Below are positions 17,450 through 26,392 of a DNA stretch of 41,849 nucleotides, in pieces. The position numbers and the translations under genes are program-made. Under the pieces are notes generated by a model. The model did no database searches and was not told the origin of the DNA. It worked only from the letters and a program-made list of their open reading frames with translations. Source of the stretch: an uncultured Thomasclavelia sp. (GTDB lineage Bacteria; Bacillota_I; Bacilli_A; Erysipelotrichales; Erysipelotrichaceae); NCBI GenBank assembly GCA_964639815.1, contig CAZXIB010000001.1, positions 1 to 41,849 of the forward strand, read 5' to 3'. Every line of letters starts with the position of its first letter. The first letter of the stretch is position 1.

Positions 17450-18547
17450 AGAAGCGCCGTTATACTAGCTGATGACAGCTTTAAGAAAAAGAAGATATCA
17501 TTACCTGTACTAGACCGCCAAGTCCTCGACTTTGTGGTCTTTAATTTATTAGAGGCTGGTGCGGAGACGGTTTATCTTGTAAGTGATGAGAGTATTCCCT
17601 GTCAAGAAGCGCTAGTCGTCACTTCTTTAGAAGAGGCTATCAGTCTTATCAACGATAAAGAAGGAGAGATACTTATAATAGATGACATTTATCCCTTTAT
17701 AAAGGCCAAAACCTACGCTAAGGTTTTAGCTTTAAAGCGTGGAAGAATAGAGGGCACTAATATTATAAAGACTAAGATAGCTGATATTAAGTCCATTAAT
17801 AAAGAGGCTATAGATGTAGTAAAGACTGAAGAAACAGAACTATTAGATATTCTAATACCCAGTAACTATCAAAGCTTTACTGCTTATTGGCATGATGAGA
17901 TTATCGCTTATCACAGTGGCAGTGGTGTTATCTTTTGTGACCCACGCACGACCTATATTGGCCCCCTAGTAAAGATGGAAGAGGGCGTCATTATTGAAGG
18001 CAATGTCTCTATCTATGGTGCTTGTTTTATTGGTAGAGGTACTAAGATTACTAGTGGTAGCTACATAAATGACAGCTATATTGGTCAAGACAATCAGATT
18101 ATATCTTCGCGTATCACTGATAGTAGAGTATTTGACCACAATACCATCGGCCCATCGGCCCACCTTAGGATGGGTAGTGAAGTAATGGGGCACTGTCGAA
18201 TCGGTAACTATGTGGAGTTCAAACGCTGTCGCTTTGGGGAGGGTTCGCGTTGCGCCCACCTTACATATCTGGGGGATTGTGAGGTTGGAGTCGATGTCAA
18301 TATCGGTTGTGGTGTCGTCACCTGTAACTACGATGGGGCTTGCAAGCACAAGACCTATATCGGCGACCATTCCTTTATTGGCTCTAACGCTAATCTCATA
18401 GCTCCGATTCACATCGGCTCTTATGCCTTAGTCGCTGCTGGTTCAACTGTCACTAAAGATGTACCGGATAACGATATGGCTATTGCCAGAGCCTATGAGA
18501 CATACAAAAAGGGATACGGATATACATACATAAACAAGGAGAAATGA
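17447..18547 (+). CDS. GlmU-like protein: intact left-handed beta-helix acetyltransferase domain, truncated/degenerate nucleotidyltransferase domain
   Basis: The C-terminal region NYVEFKRCRFGEGSRCAHLTYLGDCEVGVDVNIGCGVVTCNYDGACKHKTYIGDHSFIGSNANLIAP closely follows the GlmU acetyltransferase domain. The N-terminus reads AVILADDSFKKKKI instead of LAAGKGTRM. The protein is 366 aa. The position immediately upstream of prs matches the glmU-prs synteny of Bacilli. Confidence 0.7.
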   Translation: MRSAVILADDSFKKKKISLPVLDRQVLDFVVFNLLEAGAETVYLVSDESIPCQEALVVTSLEEAISLINDKEGEILIIDDIYPFIKAKTYAKVLALKRGRIEGTNIIKTKIADIKSINKEAIDVVKTEETELLDILIPSNYQSFTAYWHDEIIAYHSGSGVIFCDPRTTYIGPLVKMEEGVIIEGNVSIYGACFIGRGTKITSGSYINDSYIGQDNQIISSRITDSRVFDHNTIGPSAHLRMGSEVMGHCRIGNYVEFKRCRFGEGSRCAHLTYLGDCEVGVDVNIGCGVVTCNYDGACKHKTYIGDHSFIGSNANLIAPIHIGSYALVAAGSTVTKDVPDNDMAIARAYETYKKGYGYTYINKEK

Positions 18548-18548
18548 T

Positions 18549-19523
18549 ATGAATGACACGATGGTTTTCGCGCTGACTGCTAATGTCAATCTCGTCGATG
18601 AGATATGCCAGGTACTAGGATTAAAACCCGGTAAGATAGCGGTCAAACACTTCGCTGATGGGGAGATATTGGTCGAGCCAGAAGAGACTGTTAGGGGAAA
18701 GAAGGTCTATGTCGTCCAGAGTACCTGTCCACCGGTTACCGAACGCTTGATGGAGTTATTAGTCTGTGTAGATGCCCTAAAGCGCGCTTCCGCAGGGCCG
18801 ATAACCTGTATCATGCCCTACTTCGGCTATGCAAGACAAGACCGTAAAGCTCGACCACGTCAGCCGATTACGGCTAAACTTGTCGCTGATTTATTAGAGG
18901 CAGCTGGAGCTAATCGTGTCGTCACTATTGACTTACATACTACGCAAATCCAAGGCTTCTTCAGCTTCCCTACTGATGACTTTACTTGTATTCCGATGAT
19001 GGCTTACTACTATAAGTATTCTGGTTTAGACATAGCTAATACCGTCGTTGTGTCACCTGACCATGGTGGTACTACTAGGGCCAGACAATTCGCTGAAGGC
19101 TTAGGTGTACCACTGGCCATCATTGATAAGCGTCGTCCCCGTCCCAATGAGGTAGAAGCCAATAATGTCATTGGTGATGTCACTGGCAAAGATGCGATAG
19201 TCATTGATGATATCTGTGATACCGCTGGCTCGCTTATTGCCGGTTGTAATATCTTAAAGAACCACGGAGCTCGTGATATATATTGCGCTATAACACATGG
19301 TGTATTCTCGGGTAATGCTGCTGAAAATATCCAGTCTTCACCTATCAAAAAGATGGTCATTACTAATACAATTCCTCTTAGTGATGAGTTCAAGAAGAAG
19401 TGCGATAAGGTAACAGTCTTATCGGTTGGTAAACTCTTAGCGCAGATAATCGCTGCCATCTCTAGCAATAAACCAGTCTCAGAGATATACGATTCCATAT
19501 ATAGTGATGAGAATAAGGGCTGA
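18549..19523 (+). CDS. prs: Ribose-phosphate pyrophosphokinase
   Basis: FADGE, YFGYARQDRK and DLHTTQIQGFF motifs, and PRPP-binding loop VIDDICDTAGS. AAGGAG SD. Confidence 0.97.
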   Translation: MNDTMVFALTANVNLVDEICQVLGLKPGKIAVKHFADGEILVEPEETVRGKKVYVVQSTCPPVTERLMELLVCVDALKRASAGPITCIMPYFGYARQDRKARPRQPITAKLVADLLEAAGANRVVTIDLHTTQIQGFFSFPTDDFTCIPMMAYYYKYSGLDIANTVVVSPDHGGTTRARQFAEGLGVPLAIIDKRRPRPNEVEANNVIGDVTGKDAIVIDDICDTAGSLIAGCNILKNHGARDIYCAITHGVFSGNAAENIQSSPIKKMVITNTIPLSDEFKKKCDKVTVLSVGKLLAQIIAAISSNKPVSEIYDSIYSDENKG

Positions 19524-19540
19524 TAGTTCAGCCTTTTATT
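19518..19540 (+). terminator. Intrinsic terminator after prs
   Basis: GGCTGA-tagt-TCAGCC stem-loop (19518-19533, containing the prs TGA) followed by TTTTATTT. Confidence 0.6.
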
Positions 19541-19579
19541 TAACCTATTTTTAACAATCTTCCCCACTTCGATCTAACA
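19540..19579 (+). promoter_or_regulatory. Pho-box-like direct repeats upstream of pstS
   Basis: TTAACC (19540-19545) and TTAACA (19551-19556) have 11-bp periodicity, and a further CTAACA lies at 19574-19579. They resemble the Bacillus PhoP TT(A/T/C)ACA-N5 repeat consensus. Confidence 0.4.
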
Positions 19580-19617
19580 TTCTCCCTTTAGGATAAGAGA
19601 GATAAAGGAGAAGAAAG

Positions 19618-20526
19618 ATGAAGAAACTGTCTATTCTACTAGTTACAGCCTTAGTGGCTATTAGCTTAGTCGCTTGTCAGTCGACAAGTGATACGACTAT
19701 CCACGTCTATACTCGTGATAGTTCAAGTGGGACAAGGGAAGCTTTTGAAAGTGCTATAGGCCTAGATGGAAACCTAAGCGATACAGCTTCTGAGGTATCC
19801 AGTAATGGCGATATGGCGACGCGTGTCGGCCAAGATGAAAGTGGTATTGGTTATGCATCTTTAACAACTGACTTCGCCACCAACAATATCAAAGCTTTAT
19901 CACTAGAGGGCGTTGAAGCGAGCAGTGAAACCGTATTAAGTGGTGACTACCTCATGCAAAGACCATTTATGTATGTCACTAGAGCCGAAGGTGACTATGA
20001 GTCAGATGAAAAAGAAGAGTTAATCGCTGCCTTTATCGCCTTTATGACTGAATCAATAGAAGGTCTAACAATCGTCCAAGAGAATGGTGGTATCGTCGAT
20101 TTAACTAATGCCCGCTCTTGGGAAGAAATAGCTGCAGAATATCCTGTACTAAATAACGATAATTCCAGTATTACCATTCGTACTGGTGGTTCGACATCCG
20201 TAGAGACCATCCTAAGTGCCTGTTTAGAAGCCTTTCAACCGCTAGCTGGTAATGTCGGCTACGCCATCTCGCAAACGGGTTCTGGTGATGCCGTTACTAG
20301 GACACTTGGTTCAGAAAAAGATGGGGCAAATGCCATTGACATTGGTTTTACATCAAGAGAGTTTAATACAGATGAGGATATAAGTGAGGCTATGGCCTAT
20401 GGTGAGATATGTCGCGATGCCGTTGTCATCATCGTCAATGCCAGTAATTCTATTGATGATATCACTATCGCTGAAGCCTATGCCATCTTCAGTGGTTCAG
20501 TTACGACTTGGTCAAGTGAAGAATAA
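19618..20526 (+). CDS. pstS: Phosphate ABC transporter substrate-binding lipoprotein
   Basis: Lipoprotein signal MKKLSILLVTALVAISLVAC (lipobox LVAC). SSSGTRE and GSGDA PBP-like motifs. First gene of the pst operon. AAGGAG SD. Confidence 0.85.
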   Translation: MKKLSILLVTALVAISLVACQSTSDTTIHVYTRDSSSGTREAFESAIGLDGNLSDTASEVSSNGDMATRVGQDESGIGYASLTTDFATNNIKALSLEGVEASSETVLSGDYLMQRPFMYVTRAEGDYESDEKEELIAAFIAFMTESIEGLTIVQENGGIVDLTNARSWEEIAAEYPVLNNDNSSITIRTGGSTSVETILSACLEAFQPLAGNVGYAISQTGSGDAVTRTLGSEKDGANAIDIGFTSREFNTDEDISEAMAYGEICRDAVVIIVNASNSIDDITIAEAYAIFSGSVTTWSSEE

Positions 20527-21449
20527 TGCATGTAGGCATTAAAGGTCAAAGTCACCACAAGCTACTAGACAAGATAGCTCGCTACCTCTTTATGGGGATG
20601 GCTATCTTGTCGTCTAGCTTTATTATCGTCATTGTCTTATTTGTCTTTACAAAGGGTATATCGCCATTTTTAGCTAACTACGAGTATGGGCAAGTCGACA
20701 TCATTTCCTTTTTGACAGGCAATGTCTATCGACAAGACCAAGGCATCTATGGTGTCGGATTTATCATTATCAATACGCTTGTCTGTTCGTTTTTAGCCTT
20801 ATTTTTAGCTTTTCCGATATCGGTATTGACAGCCCTTTTTATCGCTAAAGTGGCACCAAAAAAATTAGGAACTATCATGCAGAATGTCGTTGAGCTATTA
20901 GCAGCTATACCCAGTGTCGTCTATGGTATCTTTGCCGCTGGTGTAATTACAACCATTGTGCGGTACTTAGCCAGTCTAATAGGTGTATCGACTTATGGTG
21001 GCTCTAGCCTATTAGCTGTCATTATCTTACTTACTATCATGATATTTCCCACGCTTACATCAATGGCGATAACTTCAATTAGAGCAGTCGATAAAGATTT
21101 AGAATCTGCTTCTTTGGCTTTGGGTGCAACGCGAACTCAGACTAATTTTAGGGTCGTGCTAAAGGCGGCGAAGTCTGGTATTTTTGCCGGGGCAACGCTG
21201 GCCTTAGGTAGGGCCTTTGGCGAGGCGACAGCGGTATCTATGGTTGCCGGCAATAAGTTATTTGGCCCAACCTTTGACCTCTTTGATATAACTAGGACGC
21301 TAACTAGTACCATGCTGACGGGGCTAAAGGAGACTAGTGGTCTAGATTACGATATCCGCTTCTCTGTTGGTCTAGTACTTATCGCCATTATCTTCTTATC
21401 AAACGCCATCTTAGCTTGGGTTAAGAAAAAGATAGGGGGCTTAGGATGA
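20526..21449 (+). CDS. pstC: Phosphate ABC transporter permease PstC
   Basis: Multi-TM protein. EAA-type loop SASLALGATRTQTNFRVVLKAAKSGI...ALGRAFGEA. TAATG coupling to pstS. Confidence 0.9.
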   Translation: MHVGIKGQSHHKLLDKIARYLFMGMAILSSSFIIVIVLFVFTKGISPFLANYEYGQVDIISFLTGNVYRQDQGIYGVGFIIINTLVCSFLALFLAFPISVLTALFIAKVAPKKLGTIMQNVVELLAAIPSVVYGIFAAGVITTIVRYLASLIGVSTYGGSSLLAVIILLTIMIFPTLTSMAITSIRAVDKDLESASLALGATRTQTNFRVVLKAAKSGIFAGATLALGRAFGEATAVSMVAGNKLFGPTFDLFDITRTLTSTMLTGLKETSGLDYDIRFSVGLVLIAIIFLSNAILAWVKKKIGGLG

Positions 21450-22654
21450 AACGCTATCATAAAGATGCCTGTCTAAATGCCCTTACCTATATATCTTCGC
21501 TCATCGGTGTTTTAATCTTAGTTTCAATCATCATCTACCTACTAGTAAATGGTCTCAGTAGTATTAATTGGCCCTTACTCACATCCGATTATTATGCGAC
21601 TAGTAGTAATGCCGCCATAAGCGCTGACTATACCTACAGAGAGCCAGCTGATTATGATGGCGAAGGGTATTATGCAAAAGTATGGGGCATAGCCGTTATA
21701 GACTATGTCACTACTGATAATGAGTCTCTTATCATGGTTGACTATGTCGATGAGGCATCACCATTTTCTTATATGTATTCGACCGTCGCCGGCCAAGAAG
21801 AAACAACAGTAGTCTTAGAAGTAGGGCAAACTATATCAAACATCTATTACCTAGATGAAGCGGGAGAAACGATATTTTTAAGTCAGGGAGCCATGGGTGG
21901 CGCTGGGGGACTAGTAGAGATATTAGACACTCAAGCAAGCGCGATTGTTTCGATAAGTTACAAGACTCTAGGTGGTGGTATCAGAGGTTCTATCATTGCG
22001 ACTTTATACCTCATACTTGTTTCTTTACTTATATCTTTGCCTATCGGCATCATGACAGCTATCTACCTACATGAATATGCTGGTAAGACCAAGATTAATA
22101 GTCTTATTCGTCGTGGTATTGATACCCTAGTTGGCGTACCATCTATCATCTATGGGCTCATGGGTGTCACAGTACTATTTCCTGTTACACAGGTCATTGG
22201 TGCGACTAGTACTAGTATCTTACTTGGTGGCTTGACGCTCGCTATAATACTACTTCCGACCATTATATCTTCAACAGAAGAAGCCCTCATTGTCGTGCCA
22301 CAGAGTTTACGTGATGGTAGTCTCTCTTTAGGTGCTACTAAGTCGCAAACTATCTTCAAGGTCGTCTTACCATCGGCCATAAATGGTATCCTTACAGGTG
22401 TATTACTTGGCATCGGTAGGGTGATTGGCGAATCGGCGGCCTTAGTATATACCACTAGTACAGTCATTAATGATAATCCTAGTTTACTCTCTCAGGGGAC
22501 ATCACTATCACTTATGATTTGGTCGATTATGTCTGGTGAAAACCCAGATTATGAGCTAGCTAGTGCAATATCGATTATCATCTTGATTATCGTCTTTATT
22601 ATCAATGGCATCGTAAAGCTCATTTCTAAGCGTCTTACGAAGTCATTTACATAG
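21446..22654 (+). CDS. pstA: Phosphate ABC transporter permease PstA with an enlarged extracytoplasmic loop
   Basis: EAA loop [26 protein letters not shown]...[12 protein letters not shown]. There are about 140 residues between TM1 and TM2. ATGA coupling to pstC. Confidence 0.9.
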   Translation: MKRYHKDACLNALTYISSLIGVLILVSIIIYLLVNGLSSINWPLLTSDYYATSSNAAISADYTYREPADYDGEGYYAKVWGIAVIDYVTTDNESLIMVDYVDEASPFSYMYSTVAGQEETTVVLEVGQTISNIYYLDEAGETIFLSQGAMGGAGGLVEILDTQASAIVSISYKTLGGGIRGSIIATLYLILVSLLISLPIGIMTAIYLHEYAGKTKINSLIRRGIDTLVGVPSIIYGLMGVTVLFPVTQVIGATSTSILLGGLTLAIILLPTIISSTEEALIVVPQSLRDGSLSLGATKSQTIFKVVLPSAINGILTGVLLGIGRVIGESAALVYTTSTVINDNPSLLSQGTSLSLMIWSIMSGENPDYELASAISIIILIIVFIINGIVKLISKRLTKSFT

Positions 22655-22661
22655 GAGGAGT

Positions 22662-23417
22662 ATGGAAAAATGTTTTGAAGTTAGGGGCTTAGACCTCTGG
22701 TATGGAGATAAGAAAGCCCTCAAAGATATAAGCTTAGACATCTATAAAAACGATGTCACAGCCTTTATTGGCCCTTCGGGTTGTGGGAAGTCGACCTTCT
22801 TGCGTTGTCTTGACCGCATGAATGACTTAGTTGAAGGTTGTAAGATAAGTGGTCAGATTATTAAAGATGGCATTGATATCTATAGTGATGCTCAAGATGT
22901 CTATGACCTAAGAACTAAGGTTGGTATGGTCTTTCAAAAGCCCAATCCCTTTCCCATGTCCATCTTTGACAACATCGCCTATGGCCCAAGGTGTCAAGGA
23001 CTAAAAGACAAAAAGAAGCTAGAGGAGATTGTCGTTAAGGCTTTAAAAGATGTCGCCCTTTTTGATGAAGTAAAGGATAGACTTAAAGACAGTGCCATGG
23101 GCCTATCCGGTGGCCAGCAACAACGTCTCTGTATCGCTCGCTCCATTGCCATGGTTCCCGAAGTAATCCTCATGGATGAGCCTACATCGGCCTTAGACCC
23201 CATCTCAACCTCGAAGATAGAGGACTTGGTTCTAGAACTTAAAAAGAACTATACTATAGTCATAGTTACCCACAATATGCAACAAGCAGCGCGCATCTCG
23301 GGCTATACAGCCTTCTTCTTACTAGGCGAGATGATTGAGATGGATAAGACGGATGTCATCTTCTCTAGACCTAAAGATGAGCGTACGGAAAACTATATAA
23401 CAGGAAGGTTTGGATAA
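22662..23417 (+). CDS. pstB: Phosphate ABC transporter ATP-binding protein
   Basis: Walker [10 protein letters not shown], signature LSGGQQQR, Walker [12 protein letters not shown], and C-terminal [10 protein letters not shown] typical of PstB. Confidence 0.97.
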   Translation: MEKCFEVRGLDLWYGDKKALKDISLDIYKNDVTAFIGPSGCGKSTFLRCLDRMNDLVEGCKISGQIIKDGIDIYSDAQDVYDLRTKVGMVFQKPNPFPMSIFDNIAYGPRCQGLKDKKKLEEIVVKALKDVALFDEVKDRLKDSAMGLSGGQQQRLCIARSIAMVPEVILMDEPTSALDPISTSKIEDLVLELKKNYTIVIVTHNMQQAARISGYTAFFLLGEMIEMDKTDVIFSRPKDERTENYITGRFG

Positions 23418-24058
23418 TGCGTAAGAGGTTTATAGAAGAATTAAACAAGCTCAACACCGACCTTATAAACATGGGCAGTATGTGTGAAGAGGCGACTATC
23501 AATGTTTATCGTCAGATTGAAAAAGGTTTCTTTGATGAAGTGCTATACCAGAGAAATGATGAATTAGAAAAGCAGACGGACGCCCAAGAAAAAAAGATTG
23601 AGTCAGCCTGTCTTAAACTCATCTTTTCCCAACAGCCCGTCGCCTCAGATTTGCGTCTAATAAGCGCTATATCAAAGATGGTCAATGACTTGGAACGGAT
23701 AGCTGACCAGACCTTTGATATCTTAGACCTCTTTAAAGACTTTACTAATACTACGCTTATTAAAGGCACTAAACTAAAAGAGATGTGTCAAGTTGTCGTG
23801 ACGATGGTTTCAGATAGTGTGGCCTCCTTTATCAAACGTGATACCGATTTGGCTAAGGAAGTCTTAGTTAGAGACAGCGAAGTCAATGCCATCTTCTCTA
23901 GCATCAAAAACGATCTCACAGCATTAATCGCTATCGAGAATATGGAAGATGGTGAATCCATCGTTGACATCCTAATGATTGCCAAGTATTTAGAACGTAT
24001 TGGTGACCACAGTACTAATATTGCCGAGTCGGTCATCTATGTGGTAAGTGGACAGTGA
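23417..24058 (+). CDS. phoU: Phosphate signalling complex protein PhoU
   Basis: Duplicated PhoU repeats with DLERIADQ and YLERIGDHSTNIAE motifs. TAATG coupling to pstB. Confidence 0.9.
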   Translation: MRKRFIEELNKLNTDLINMGSMCEEATINVYRQIEKGFFDEVLYQRNDELEKQTDAQEKKIESACLKLIFSQQPVASDLRLISAISKMVNDLERIADQTFDILDLFKDFTNTTLIKGTKLKEMCQVVVTMVSDSVASFIKRDTDLAKEVLVRDSEVNAIFSSIKNDLTALIAIENMEDGESIVDILMIAKYLERIGDHSTNIAESVIYVVSGQ

Positions 24059-24729
24059 TGATATACATATTAGAAGATGATGCCGGTATACAAAAACTGA
24101 TTATGTATACCTTAAATAAAGAAGGTATGGCTAGTATTGGCTTTGAAAAGCCCAGCGATTTTTATGATGCCTTAATTAAAGAAGTACCTGACCTTATTTT
24201 ACTAGATATCATGTTGCCTCAGGAGGATGGTCTTACGGTCTTGCATAAACTCAAAAATGATGTCCGTTATAAGGACATACCTATCATCATGATTACGGCA
24301 AAAGGTAGTGAGTATGATAAGGTCTTAGGACTAGATGCTGGGGCTGATGACTATGTCGCCAAACCCTTTGGCATGATGGAACTGTTAGCCCGTATTAAGG
24401 CGGTAATGCGAAGAGGCAAGAATACGGTATCTGACGTGATAAAGTTCTGCGAGCTAGAAGTAGCACCAAAACAAAGAGTTCTTAAAGTTAATGGACAAGA
24501 AGTAATCCTTACTAAAAAGGAATTTGATATTCTGCTTCTTCTTTTATCCCGACCCGGTATCTGTTTTACAAGAGAAGAAATCATCGAACAGGTCTGGGGC
24601 TATGAGTTTGAAGACTCTAGTCGTACCATCGATGTCCACATCCGTACCCTAAGGCAAAAGCTAGGTGAAGCCGCTTCCTATATAGAAACAGTGAGAGGTG
24701 TTGGCTATAAGATAGGAGATACCCGTTGA
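24058..24729 (+). CDS. OmpR/PhoB-family response regulator (PhoP-like)
   Basis: Receiver domain (ILEDD, LILLDIMLP, ITAKG) and winged-helix output (LTKKEFDILLLL, RTIDVHIRTLRQKL, VRGVGYK). Start taken at ATG 24058 (TGATG overlap); GTG 24055 is also possible. Confidence 0.9.
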   Translation: MIYILEDDAGIQKLIMYTLNKEGMASIGFEKPSDFYDALIKEVPDLILLDIMLPQEDGLTVLHKLKNDVRYKDIPIIMITAKGSEYDKVLGLDAGADDYVAKPFGMMELLARIKAVMRRGKNTVSDVIKFCELEVAPKQRVLKVNGQEVILTKKEFDILLLLLSRPGICFTREEIIEQVWGYEFEDSSRTIDVHIRTLRQKLGEAASYIETVRGVGYKIGDTR

Positions 24730-26384
24730 CCAAAAAGATATTTCGCAACATCATACTTACCGTCATCTGTGCTGCTGTAGTCATCATCGGCTTATTCTTC
24801 AAGGTCATGTATCAAGAGTTTTTGGGTGACTTAGAGACTAATCTCACCCAAGAAATAATCCTATTAGAGCGCGGCTATGAAGAGTTTGGCATCGACTACT
24901 TTGATGGGGTCGATATTAGTCAGCGCATCACCATCATCGATGAAGATGGGACCGTTATATATGACAGTATAAGCGATGCATCATCAACAGAAGACCACAG
25001 TGATAGAGAAGAGGTCATCGAGGCTAAAGAGTATACCTGGGGCTACGCTAGACGCTACTCTAATACCTTAGGAAAACAAAGCATCTATGTCGCTAAGCTA
25101 TTAGATAGTGGCGAGATACTAAGGGTATCTACTGATACCGCCAGTGCCTACACCCTATTTTTAAGGATGTCTTCGCACATCATGTGGATCTTGATTATCG
25201 TCATGATTGTAAGCTTCTTTGTGGCTAGTAGACTATCAATCAATATCGTAAAACCAATAAACGACATCGACCTCAATGACTTAGCCCTTGCCCCTTATAA
25301 GGAACTAGATCCTTTAATCACTAAACTACAAAAACAAGCCCACACTATAGACGAGCAGCTTCGTGAGCTTTCTAAACGCCAAGTCGAACTTGAACTTGTC
25401 CTATCGAATATGAACGAAGGCATCGTCATGATTAATAAGGAGGCCAAAGTCTTGACCTACAATAGAGCAACCCTAGCCCTATTCTCTATTAGTTCTTTAT
25501 CAGAGGATGCTAGTATCTATGAGGTTTATCACTCACAAGACTTTATGAAGGCCATTGATAATGTCCTTTCCGCTAATAAACAAAATCTCAAGATAAATCA
25601 CGAAGGGAAGATTCTAGAGGTCATCATGGGCCCAATCGTAGACCAAGATGGTGATGTCTCAGGTGCGACTATTATCGTTTTCGATGTCACCCAAAAGGAA
25701 CTTCAAGAGCAGCTCCGTCATGAGTTCAGTGCCAATGTGTCTCATGAGCTTAAGACACCACTAACCACCATATCAGGTTTTGGTGAACTAATGAAAAATG
25801 GATTAGTCGACCAAAAGGATGTCACTGATATCGCTACTAATATCTACGAAGAAGCCCAGCGACTCATAAATCTAATCGATGACATCATTCATCTATCAAG
25901 TCTTGATGATGGCCCAGTCGAGCACAAGAAAGAAGATGTCGACCTCTTAGCTTTAGTCCATACGGTCTTTGCCCATAAGCGCCTCAGCGCGCAAAAGCGT
26001 GATATAAAACTTGAAGTAAGGGGTGATGACATTCACTATCGTGGCACCTACAGCATCCTAGAAGAGCTTATTAGTAACCTTGTCGATAATGCCATTAAGT
26101 ATGGCAAAGAACACGGTCATGTGTTAGTCGAACTAAAAAGGGACGAGAATGAAGTAAAGATTATAGTAAAGGATGATGGCATTGGTATACCGCCTGAGTC
26201 ATTAGATAGAATCTTTGAGCGCTTTTATCGCGTCGATAAATCGCGGTCAAAAGAGCTTGGCGGTACAGGTTTAGGCCTTTCCATCGTCAAACATGCCGCT
26301 CTTTACCATGGTGGTAAGGTAAGTGTTGATAGTTCTGATAAGGGTAGTACCTTTACAGTAATACTGCCTTTTAATGAAGTTTAG
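24726..26384 (+). CDS. PhoR-like sensor histidine kinase (2 TM, PAS, HisKA, HATPase_c)
   Basis: H-box FSANVSHELKTPLT, N-box LVDNAIKYG, G-boxes DDGIGIP and GGTGLGLSIVK. TTG start overlapping the regulator stop. Confidence 0.9.
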   Translation: MTKKIFRNIILTVICAAVVIIGLFFKVMYQEFLGDLETNLTQEIILLERGYEEFGIDYFDGVDISQRITIIDEDGTVIYDSISDASSTEDHSDREEVIEAKEYTWGYARRYSNTLGKQSIYVAKLLDSGEILRVSTDTASAYTLFLRMSSHIMWILIIVMIVSFFVASRLSINIVKPINDIDLNDLALAPYKELDPLITKLQKQAHTIDEQLRELSKRQVELELVLSNMNEGIVMINKEAKVLTYNRATLALFSISSLSEDASIYEVYHSQDFMKAIDNVLSANKQNLKINHEGKILEVIMGPIVDQDGDVSGATIIVFDVTQKELQEQLRHEFSANVSHELKTPLTTISGFGELMKNGLVDQKDVTDIATNIYEEAQRLINLIDDIIHLSSLDDGPVEHKKEDVDLLALVHTVFAHKRLSAQKRDIKLEVRGDDIHYRGTYSILEELISNLVDNAIKYGKEHGHVLVELKRDENEVKIIVKDDGIGIPPESLDRIFERFYRVDKSRSKELGGTGLGLSIVKHAALYHGGKVSVDSSDKGSTFTVILPFNEV

Positions 26385-26392
26385 GTAATCGT

